Positions 36,692-46,236 of a DNA stretch of 64,000 nt are shown piece after piece (positions within the stretch are counted from its first letter, which is position 1; every line of letters begins with the position of its first letter). The position numbers were made by a program, and so were the translations under genes. Under the pieces are notes generated by a model that worked only from the letters and a program-made list of their open reading frames with translations, did no database searches and was not told the DNA's origin. The DNA comes from Picochlorum sp. SENEW3 (Eukaryota), in contig CP120459.1 of NCBI GenBank assembly GCA_034226945.1, forward strand, positions 806,001 through 870,000, written 5' to 3'.

Positions 36692-39058
36692 ATGGTTCAA
36701 AAGCGTCGGCATGCCTCTCAAACTGGAACACATGCACAGGCTCGTCGTCGCGAGGATGGTGCTGTGGATCAGAATTCTCGACTTATTGCCATGCATCGTT
36801 TAGATATGGTACCATGGAGGCCATCCTCGGTTGTTTCCATGGCAAGCAGTGAAGATGGAAGTTTGTGTACATGCTTGAGAGAAGACGGGCGCATAGATAT
36901 GTACGATACGCAGCGAGATGTGCTCTTAAAATCATATCCTGGTAATTCAAATGCGTCACCATCCTCCATTGTGACGTTGGAGGAAGATACGTCGAGAGGA
37001 AGGACAGTTCGAATGTTTGTTGGAGGCATGGATGGGACAATCACGGAGATTGATGGGCATACGAGGTCGACACGCGTGGTGTGTGATTCTCATGGAGGTG
37101 CTGTATGGAATATGAGTCTGAAGAGTATGGGTGAAGGGGAAGAAGAAACAGCATCTCATGTGATTGCTGCTGCGTGTGATGATGGATGTGTGAGATTGTA
37201 CAGTGTAGAAAAGGATGTGCCTGGTGTGAGTATTCGAACAAGCTTTCTTCCTGTTGATGGGAGGGCATTGTGTGTTGCATGGCATCCCAAAGAGAATGTA
37301 GTGGTGTCTGGGGGCACTGATGGATGTCTGCATGTATGGAATGCTGCCACAGGCAGAGAGATGACAAGGATTACTGTAGATGGGTTGAGTTCTTCTGGAG
37401 AGCCACCATGTATATGGTCGATACTTGTGCTTTCAGATGGAACAATAGTGAGTGGTGATAGTCTGGGACAGGTGTCCTTTTGGGATGGAAAGTTTGGCAC
37501 CATGCTTGCCAAGTTCAATCCAAATGGGGCAGATGTCCTGGCGCTCGCGAGCTCGCCAAAGGGCGATGTTGTATTCTCAAGTGGCGTTGACCCTCGAATA
37601 TATGTATTCAAACGGATATCCGGTGGTGACGGGAGGACAGAGTGGGCCTACTTGTCCTCAAAACAAGAGCATGCATTGGATGTGAGAGCTCTGTGTTGTT
37701 GCAGTAATCCTCAGGAAGACGCCTACGACCATCGTATCTTTAGCGCTGGAAATGACTCTATGATTATATCCCATTCAGTGGATAGGTTTTTAAAAGAGCA
37801 TCCTAGAAGAGTTGATGTGGTGCCTCAGAGACCATGCATCTCAGTATCTGGCAGTGAGGACCTTGATATCATGGCGACAGCGACAGCGAATTCGCTTGAC
37901 ATCTGGAAATTACAAAACTCAAAAGATACTGTACTATCAAACAAGAATGATGGAGATGTTTGTTCACCTGGGAAACCACCACTGCATGTTGCCCACATGT
38001 CAGTCACCTCTGGGGCACACATCACATCAGTTGCTGTCTCGAGTGATGCCCGTCTTGTAGCTTTTAGCGACAACAATGGTATCAAATGTATCAACATACG
38101 CGACATGTCATCCCAGATGGCGACAGATGGAGACATGGATGCATCTGTGGTGCCCATTCTGGATGACACGAGTGATCCATCCACACTGCTAGGTATCAAA
38201 TCAGTCACGCTTCCTGCTGGAATGAGCACCATGCATAGCGTTGTACATGTCGAATTTGTACCAAACAGCCATGCACTGATTGTATGCATGGCAGATGGCA
38301 CCATCAAAATGATAGACTCTGTCTTGGATGCAGACAGCACTGTCAACACTATTCGGGACATTCATGACATGAGATTCAAAACATGGTTCAAAAAAGACAC
38401 ACAAAAATCTTTAGCAAGAAGAGAATGTCCAATGATGGATGTGTGTCGAGTGAGCAAGGAGGGAGAGTATGTTGCCGTGGCCCTCAGGAATAGAGTCTTC
38501 ATCATCTCATTGAAAACCCGCCACATCACCACACAGATCCCCTCTTTCAATATGAAACCAGGATCAGTAATTGCAGGTATAGAATTTTTGCAGAAGGATA
38601 CGCTGATTGCTATAGTGACCTCCAAATCAGAGACTGCACTCTTTGATGTCTCCACAGGAGACGCATGTGCACTCCCAGGCCAAGACCCAACCCAGCAAGA
38701 ATTGCACAATCTAGAATTAGAAAGAACAGTTTTAGGCATCGCCGCAAGCCCTGCATCGTCCAAATCGGTGATTGTATATTCAGCAAATGCCCTGTGTCAT
38801 GTCGACTTTCACAGGCCATTGGTCAATGAAGCAGAGGCATCCACCAAGCATGGACGACGACCGCGAGATAAAAAAGCCAAGCTTGGGTTTGAAAGAGCCA
38901 CGAAACATCGCAACTGTAGGGTCCTCCCATGCGAGCATCCGCTCCTGTATGCCTGTAGTGTCCATCCTAACAACCTGTTGGTTGTTCAGAAACCATGGGA
39001 ATCCGTGTGGAGAGCGACCCAATCAGCCCCTGTCGCCACACACCGATATGGCACATAA
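36692..39058 (+). CDS. UTP4: WD40 SSU-processome protein UTP4/cirhin-like
   Basis: MHRLDMVPWRPS; DSHGGAVW; IWSILVLSDGTIVSGDSLGQVSFWDG; HALDVRAL; C-terminal LLVVQKPW...HRYGT. Confidence 0.85.
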   Translation: MVQKRRHASQTGTHAQARRREDGAVDQNSRLIAMHRLDMVPWRPSSVVSMASSEDGSLCTCLREDGRIDMYDTQRDVLLKSYPGNSNASPSSIVTLEEDTSRGRTVRMFVGGMDGTITEIDGHTRSTRVVCDSHGGAVWNMSLKSMGEGEEETASHVIAAACDDGCVRLYSVEKDVPGVSIRTSFLPVDGRALCVAWHPKENVVVSGGTDGCLHVWNAATGREMTRITVDGLSSSGEPPCIWSILVLSDGTIVSGDSLGQVSFWDGKFGTMLAKFNPNGADVLALASSPKGDVVFSSGVDPRIYVFKRISGGDGRTEWAYLSSKQEHALDVRALCCCSNPQEDAYDHRIFSAGNDSMIISHSVDRFLKEHPRRVDVVPQRPCISVSGSEDLDIMATATANSLDIWKLQNSKDTVLSNKNDGDVCSPGKPPLHVAHMSVTSGAHITSVAVSSDARLVAFSDNNGIKCINIRDMSSQMATDGDMDASVVPILDDTSDPSTLLGIKSVTLPAGMSTMHSVVHVEFVPNSHALIVCMADGTIKMIDSVLDADSTVNTIRDIHDMRFKTWFKKDTQKSLARRECPMMDVCRVSKEGEYVAVALRNRVFIISLKTRHITTQIPSFNMKPGSVIAGIEFLQKDTLIAIVTSKSETALFDVSTGDACALPGQDPTQQELHNLELERTVLGIAASPASSKSVIVYSANALCHVDFHRPLVNEAEASTKHGRRPRDKKAKLGFERATKHRNCRVLPCEHPLLYACSVHPNNLLVVQKPWESVWRATQSAPVATHRYGT

Positions 39059-39148
39059 TAAAATAGTAAAAAAAATAGCTTGTAAACCATTGCGATGCAT
39101 ACATTTTGAATATCTGCAGAATTCATTGCCAAACATTCCTCACGCGGC

Positions 39149-39432
39149 ATGGCCTGTCCCATGCGTTTTGTTCTGGCTGGAATCTCTGCACTCATTGCTC
39201 TATGTATATTCTGGAAACGTAGCTCATCAGATGCGTCAAAAGACTCATCCAGAGTCAGAACAGCCATTGCTACAAAGGTATGTCTCCTTTGTATGTATTC
39301 TTGTCCTTGTCAACACCTTGTCAAGGGATGGTATTCGGTCTGCAGATGACAACCATGCCATGGTATAGAACTGTGCTCGACATGTTCACAGGACGGTTTC
39401 TAGTAGACGTGTACAAGGCAGCTCGTGACTGA
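39149..39432 (+). CDS. Small (71 aa) single-TM protein of a plant-type 'MCPxR...DMxxGRxL' family; exons 39149-39277, 39346-39432
   Basis: Spliced product MACPMRFVLAGISALIALCIFW...ATK|MTTMPWYRTVLDMFTGRFLVDVYKAARD; canonical intron 39278-39345. Confidence 0.7.
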
Positions 39433-39535
39433 CTGATTGCTGACCAACATTACTGTGAAGAATACCACCATATACATGATACTATAATTTGTTACATTAA
39501 TCACTCTCATACATGAAAATTCATCATCATCATCG

Positions 39536-40174
39536 TCATTGGTCATTCTTCACGCCCAACTGCGTCCCACTCGGATTCTCAACCACCACTGTGGCATGCT
39601 GCTCCTGTTGCTGCTGTTGCTGTGAGCCACCGCCACTCATGGCACTACCCCCACCCACCGCAGTCTCTGAATTCACTGGAGTGACCACATTACACACCGC
39701 ACATTTCACCGATCGAGCCCCATACGCATACATGAGCGTCACCTGACATCCATCACACAAGACGTGGCCCAGCTGATTTGCTTGCTGGGCATCATTCATT
39801 GTACCACACAGAGAGCACTGAACTTGGGTCGCTCCTCGCGGGTACATGAGCTGTACTCGACAGTTGGGGCTACAACATGATAACTGTGCCATATCTGAAG
39901 ACTGAGATACCGGATTTATATGGGAACAGCGAGCGCATCGAACATTCTGAGCACCACTTGGGTACATGAGCATGGTTCTGCAACCTTGGCACATTAACTG
40001 GCTCTGTTGCACGCTTCCTGTAGATATATATATATATAGAAGAATGTTATGAAACTAATTTTCAGTCCACACTGCTACCGCATTGGTCTCGTGTAGAGAA
40101 TTCTCGAATTGTTGAACCAGGGACATGAGGCCACAGCCACGCGTACCTGAAGGTCTGCTTGGCTGAGTCGACAT
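39536..40174 (-). CDS. LSD1/LOL1-type zinc-finger protein (3 fingers); exons 40174-40147, 40017-39536
   Basis: Three CxxCxxxLMYxxGAxxVxCxxC motifs; C-terminal TVVVENP. Confidence 0.93.
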
Positions 40175-40450
40175 TGTATTGTGCTATATAATTTCCTATG
40201 AAAGTGTAATACGGTATCTATGGGAATGCGCTGCACTCGTGTCCAGTCAATTTTAAAATGTCAAGGATTCCACGCATGATGTGTTCACCAAGAGTCGTAT
40301 ACACTCCTGTATCGTCTTTCTAGCCTTTATTACTACAATATAGTTATTATTATTGTTAAATAATAGCGCAATGGATATCGAATGGTGACGAGTACTCGTG
40401 GCGCCTTTTTTCTTGGATTGGCCAAAGGATGGTTGCGCCCCTCTCTCTCT

Positions 40451-41676
40451 CTACTTCATGTAGATGGACTCTTCGTGGTGGTCTTCCGTAAGGAAGAGAG
40501 AATGGGCGACACTGGAACACATGCCTCTCGCATTCACGTCAAATTCGACGCAGTGGTATGCTCCTGTGGTGGATATTATGAATACGAGCCCATCGTATTT
40601 GGTATCAAAGGATGCAATGCATTTGTTTGCATCTGGTAGGTGGAACTGTGCCCATGATCGTTCTGATAACAGATATGAGGTTCCGACGCTTCCAGGGAGC
40701 ATTCGACGCAACACTGACAGCGGGCCTTTTTGCTGTGATACTGATGGCACGTTGTCTCTGACGAGCTGGTATCCCTCTTCTGCATCTTCCTCGTCACCAC
40801 GCAGGTCAAACACATGGAGGGTGCCCTTGTCGCTCGTGGACGCGAGCCAGTGTGGCATGGCATCTTCAAAACTAAATGCAAGGCTGTACATGATGGCTGG
40901 ATCAGTTCCTCGCCGAACTTCTCGTATCTTTGATCCATCCTGAGTGGAGAAAATGCGGATGAGCGTCCCCTTTTCTGATGCTGTCGCAACAAACTTGCCA
41001 TGATGTGTCAATGCGAGTGCTGCCAGGTTTCTATTATGCGCTTGGATCGTTTTCGATCTCTTTGCGTCTAATATATCTACTTGCAGCTCTCCTATATGCT
41101 TACCAGGGTGAACGACAACGATCGAGTCTGGTGATGAGCTCATGGCCAAGAGACCCAAGGGGTTGTGTATGGTTTCTGCTGTGTGCACCTGTCTCAGGTC
41201 TTCTAAATCATACACATGCACGCTGGTATCTAATGCGACAGCGATTCTATTTTTACGTAATTTGACATCCCGTACCGCTGTTCTATAGCTCAATTCGCCG
41301 ATCGCTCTGCCCTGGTGATCGTCCCATAGAATAACCTTGTTGGGAGGGAATTTTGGAATTTCTCCCCCACCAACCAGCGCTACAATGTTGGATTTGAACA
41401 TCATTTCGACCCGTTTGAACCCTCCAGCAATAAACTCTCTTCTATACTGCATATTCGAAAGTGTGTTTTGGAAAAGCAAGCAATTGTATTTTTTTGGGTG
41501 CAAAGACAAGACCCATACAAGTACGGTGTTATTTAATCCTCACGTACCGATTCATCGAATGGATATGTCGTATAAATTCTAAACCCATTACTTAATGCAC
41601 ATGTGAAGCATTCTCCGCTTTGGTTGAACGAGACGGAGAGAATGTCCTGACACGGCTTTCGAGGATGGAGAGCCAT
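40451..41676 (-). CDS. ATG18: Autophagy PROPPIN ATG18; exons 41676-41548, 41446-40451
   Basis: SVSFNQ...GFRIY exon; ALVGGG..PNKVILWDD; ATASEKGTLIRIF; EVRRG phosphoinositide motif; SDKGTLHVF. Confidence 0.92.
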
Positions 41677-41782
41677 GGTCACACCCTTATCTCTGTAGAA
41701 TATATCTATGTGCCCACGAGTACTTTATTATACATTTTTTAGGTACTTTATGTATTAATAATGAATGAATGCAGTAGCATTA

Positions 41783-43976
41783 TTACCAATCGTCAAAATC
41801 GTCTTGTTGGATGTCGGATGAGGACAGTTTCTTGGCTCCGAGGCGCATGGCGGTCTTCTTTGGGGCTGGGGATGTCCGCTCTTGCTTCTTCTGCGGGACG
41901 CTTTTTCGGAGGGGTTTTCGAGCCGTGGTTCCTTGAGCGGATGCTGCTGATGGCTTCAGGCTTACAGCATTTAGTTTTGCTCTTGCTTGGCGTTCTGCAG
42001 CAACCGCATCCATCATGTCTTCCAACACATCATCATCATCATCATCCCACCCGTCACCAACAGTTGACACTTCGGGAGTAGAGGATGGTGGAGGCATCGA
42101 AGAAGAATCGTTGCTGACGTCTGGGATTCTATCAGACGTGTCTCGTGCATGTTGAATCATGGTGGGAGGGCTGCTGTCGACCTGTTTTGCCCCCCATCCA
42201 AAGCTTCCCATCATGCTATTCTGTTCGTTGGGCTGTTTTGATTCTTCCAGAGAATCTTGGTGTGTTTTGACAACCTGAACAAACTCTTCCACGCACACCA
42301 TGGCCAATTTTCGCACCTCATAGACGCTGTCAATGCATAGTGGGGATATCATTGGAATCACTTTTGAGGCAACATCCTCTGCATCATGGAGCGTGGCAGT
42401 GGTCTGTAAGGATTTGAGTGCTGCGATTCGAGCAGGAGGGAATGGGTCTTTTAACGCTCGAGACATTGCATTAAGCATGACCTTTTTCCTGGTCGACTCA
42501 CTGAAACTTGTCGCCAGAGTGCCCAACAGAATGGTGGTGTTTGCACGGATTCCTGGTTCCTCATCCACCTGAAGCTTTGCCAGAAATTTGAGCAGGTTTT
42601 GGTTCAATGTCCTGGCGCTCAACTTGGGACCCAATATCACCATACTTTTAAGTGTCAATTCACGAATGTACGGGTTCACGTCGGTAAATCCACCCTGCAG
42701 CTTTGGATATATCTGTTCCTCAATGAGCTGGTTTGGCAATTCAGGTCCAAACGAGTGGATATTTTCCAACAAGCACCGTCGAATGCTTCTATCAGTCGAG
42801 CTGAACATTTTCGTGATAACAGGTACAACGACTTTTTCTTTCTCTTCGTGCGTTAATGATTTTGAAATGTTCATGAGAACTGCCAACGCGCTGGGTGGCG
42901 CACCACCAAATTCCAGCGCTGCTGCCAAGAGTGGCAAAATTTTCCTCTGTGCGATGGGTTCAGGGACATCGGCTAATTTTGTACTCAGTCTCTGGAAAAA
43001 GCTTTCCTTCTCGATACTATCCTTCATGGCCAAATTTTGCAGAAAGGTCACGACGACTAACAAATCATTCTTCAGTACACCAGATTCCAGCAACGCTGAA
43101 GGATTCAGCCTCTTTGCTGGCTGACTTGCGAGCATCTTTTGGTAATATGGCTTTAATTTCTGAGGAACACAATCGATCTTTTTTAAATCTTCCATCGCAC
43201 GCAACGCACTATTGGAAAACGTCTCCTGAATCAAGCATCCCAGGCCCCATGCATCGACAGCCCATGGTGGAGAGTCTGCAATCACATCCCACTCTGACCT
43301 TCCAAGCTCACCAGATTTATACTGTGTACTTACAAGCCATGTAGAAGCGAGCAAAGGAGGACTTGTACTCAGGTTTCCGACAACAGCATGCTCGGTTGTC
43401 AAATCAAATGCATGCAGTTTCCAATCCAGAGTCTCCGTCACTGCCACAGATAAACTACACACATTCCCATGAATAAGCCCACAATCGTTATTTAAAAATG
43501 ACACTGCAGAGACTATCTGCTCCAATCCCATCATTAGAAACTTTTCTCTGTCACGCTCGTTCAAATCAAGGCTTGTCTGAACATACTCTAGGGACGTCAC
43601 AGCTTCTGTCACCAAATATATGACAAACTCCCCACGCTCCTCAATCTCAACCGTATCGATAAATCTCAGAATATTAGGATGTTTCAGCTGCATAAAGCGA
43701 CACAGAGGTGCGCATGTGAGCTCTATCGTTCACGATCTCAACAACGGCAGAACGAACACACACCATTTTCAATCTTTTCACGCCATTCCGAGCGGCAATC
43801 AACATAGGATCCAGCTCTCCCTTTGCTGATATCCTAAAGATGGATACAGAAGAGCCATCTGCATTCAGGACACCGGAGGAGTGCGTCCAGTGTCCCCAAC
43901 CCCTACCGTACTCTTGAACAATCTGGAACGGCAGAGCGCTCGAAGAACCAACCAATGCTGATAATTTCGCAAACAT
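41783..43976 (-). CDS. SCYL1: SCY1-like pseudokinase with HEAT repeats (SCYL1/CEX1); exons 43976-43764, 43687-41783
   Basis: ARNGVKRLKM|LKHPNIL; IHGNV; VDAWGLGCLI; LQVDEEPGIRANTTILLG; RALKDPFPPAR. Confidence 0.92.
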
Positions 43977-44096
43977 ATTGTGTCAAGTATTCAGCTAACG
44001 CATACAATGGCGCTCATGGCAGTATGGTTACCAAAAACTGAAAGTCGGTACGTTTACCAACGCTCACAGGCGTATCTATTCGCCTTTGTGAGTCTC

Positions 44097-44183
44097 TGTA
44101 ATAAAATATAGATGTATCAAAATATACGAGCATCAGGGTGCGTTGAATGGGATGGGCGTGGCATCAGAGTTTGGTGCTGGATC
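44097..44183 (-). repeat. Diverged copy of the purple acid phosphatase 3' end and 3'UTR (direct repeat of 46148-46236)
   Basis: Aligns by eye with about 10 substitutions and one 2-nt indel; encodes DPAPNSDATPIPFNAP* versus DPAPNSDAKPIPLNAP* in the intact gene. Confidence 0.9.
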
Positions 44184-44362
44184 AAATAATAATAGTGACG
44201 CCATGTCCAGGGTTCTATTGTTTTGGTGTTGCAGAGCTTGCAATCTTTAGCGAGGGAATGGGCTGCCCGAGAAGACCATGTTGGCAACTCTCCAGCAGCA
44301 GCAGTAGCAGTCTCGATGGTTGAGCAGATCAATAGAATCATCAAATCTCAAGAGCCCGGGAA

Positions 44363-44991
44363 ATGCAGAGTTATGAAAGCACTGACAAGGAGGTTGTAGG
44401 CATTCATGTGGGTTAGGCGGTATGTTTTTAAGCAGTAACCCACGACGCCTGAAGGAGTCAATTCATGTCCCTGGAAAGAAGACAGAGGAACAGGATAGAT
44501 TTGAGACGTACACATTCTCATTGGTGGTCAGTGGAGCTTTGATAGTGGTATTATCAGCAAAGGTACACAAGTATAATGAAAGCCGGCAATTTCGTTCGAG
44601 ACATGGGTCCCTGCCCAACCGCAAAAAAACCACTGATGTTGGTGCTCTCACGAAGTCGTACCGATTCATGAATCAGAGATGGTCGAGTGCTTCAGATGCA
44701 CCTGAAGCTGGTGGGTTAGAGAATGTGTTTTTCATGGCACTCTTTGGTTTAAGAAGAAGCAATGGATGCAGCAATACTCCAGGCGACAGAGAGAGCAGTG
44801 AAGAGAACGCCATAGCTAAGGCATTGAGAACATTCAAACTTGAAGAGCAAAAGAATGTGATTGTAACGTATGGTGATGGCTGTCCAAGAACACCACATAT
44901 GAAGGGTGTTGTACCATTTATGAATGGTCGATTTGACCGTACGGTCATGACCGTCCACCGGTGGACGTTCAACATTTTGACCTCCATTTGA
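44363..44991 (+). pseudogene. Degenerate Fanzor/TnpB-like RuvC nuclease remnant (putative mobile-element relic)
   Basis: KEVVGIHVG* (44387-44416) resembles RuvC-I VVGIDxG with D->H and a stop. The shifted frame 44422-44991 has LPNRKKTTD..., LFGLRRSNG..NT...SEENAIAKALRTF...KNVIVTYGDG....HMKGVVP, in the order of the Fanzor segment preceding RuvC-II. Confidence 0.55.
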
Positions 44992-45211
44992 CTTCCATGA
45001 ACTTGGATGTATCCAATAATCCAATAATCTCAGTGCCTGTATTGAAAAAGTATTATCAATATTACCGGGTAAATGAAATAGTGTGACTGAAATAGGGAAA
45101 TAAGTAGCCTTTTACATTTGAAATTGAGAGACGTCGACTTTCAGTGACAACGTCCAGACTGCCGCGTTTCAATCATCCGTGTGGAAAAATAGTATTCTAA
45201 AAACGCACTAA

Positions 45212-45937
45212 ATGGCAAGAAATACCAGGGATCTGGCGATACTGCTGTTGGAAGGAGGATGTTCTCGACTTGTTTTGCCTCCAGGTACAGGTGAGGAGCT
45301 CTATACGTTTCTGGAAATGTGCCGCGAGAATAAAGCATCTCGTCAGCACGTGAGTCCGTCCAGTAAATTGGACACCTTGTGGCACTGGATGCTGCTCAAC
45401 ACGGACGTGTCGACTTGCGTGCACGAAGCTTTGGGGGGGATTGTACCACATAGCACATCAACAGAGTCAGATTCCTTGGAGAAGAAGAACAAAAGAAGGC
45501 GACTTTCCATGAAACTGATGACTTCCATGGGGTATTCTCCTAATCCAGAGCTTTGGGACGATGACTCCTCAGGAGAAGAGCAAAAAAGAAATAATGGCGA
45601 CTCTTGCTACGAGGGTGATTTATCCAATGGTCACAGATCCAGACGTCGGGGCTCTTCTATCCAGAGCCACATCTCCTTGTCGGGAAGAAAGAAGGAAAAA
45701 ACATTTCGAGTCAATGTGCGGACCCTGACAGGAAAAGACATCGTAGTGGACGGCTTGACCGCTTCTACCACTGTGGAGAGACTCGTGTCAGCATTGGAAA
45801 ACACGGAAGGGATTCCACAAGACAAGCAGGTTCTAGCTTATGAAGGAAGGCGATTAAGTCGTGACAGGACTCTTGAAGAGTCTGATGTCGTTCATGATGC
45901 AACAATTGATCTCTTTGTGGAGCAGAGCGGCTGTTAG
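45212..45937 (+). CDS. Intronless protein: GRDP-like N-terminal domain plus C-terminal ubiquitin-like domain
   Basis: SPSSKLDTLWHWMLLNT...GGIVPH...PNPELW; C-terminus VNVRTLTGKDI...EGIPQDKQVLAYEGRRLSRDRTLEESDV..DATIDL ending SGC. Confidence 0.75.
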   Translation: MARNTRDLAILLLEGGCSRLVLPPGTGEELYTFLEMCRENKASRQHVSPSSKLDTLWHWMLLNTDVSTCVHEALGGIVPHSTSTESDSLEKKNKRRRLSMKLMTSMGYSPNPELWDDDSSGEEQKRNNGDSCYEGDLSNGHRSRRRGSSIQSHISLSGRKKEKTFRVNVRTLTGKDIVVDGLTASTTVERLVSALENTEGIPQDKQVLAYEGRRLSRDRTLEESDVVHDATIDLFVEQSGC

Positions 45938-46147
45938 ATGTTGTTTAAGCAGGCACTCGTACTAAACTCAGTTCCTTGTATGATGAGGAACCGATAAAAG
46001 AACAAACCATTTTAATATGTACGAATTAACATCTCCTTGCATTTGAGATTCAATTGCATTCTATTGACGCCTTGCTTGTATTATATTTAAAATGAAAACT
46101 TTTGCATTGGAGAGGAACAATAATATGCTCCCAGTCATCATGCTGGG

Positions 46148-46236
46148 TGTAGTAAAATATACAGATGTGTCAAAATATACGAGCGTCAGGGAGCGTTCAA
46201 TGGGATGGGCTTTGCATCAGAATTTGGTGCGGGATC
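46148..46236 (-). repeat. Second copy of the direct repeat (authentic phosphatase 3' end)
   Basis: Matches 44097-44183. Confidence 0.9.

Noticed and set aside
40905..40925. ATG18 has VRRG rather than FRRG
   Set aside because: V/L-RRG variants are normal in plant-type ATG18.
44191..44230. NSDAMSRVLLF as a possible Fanzor 'TDGxSxxxLF' motif upstream of RuvC-I
   Set aside because: The position fits but similarity is too weak to count as evidence without a profile search.
44117..44344. Minus-strand 75-aa ORF with a signal-peptide-like start next to the phosphatase 3' copy
   Set aside because: The phosphatase-like residues are in a different frame and the N-terminus does not resemble the intact phosphatase; probably incidental.
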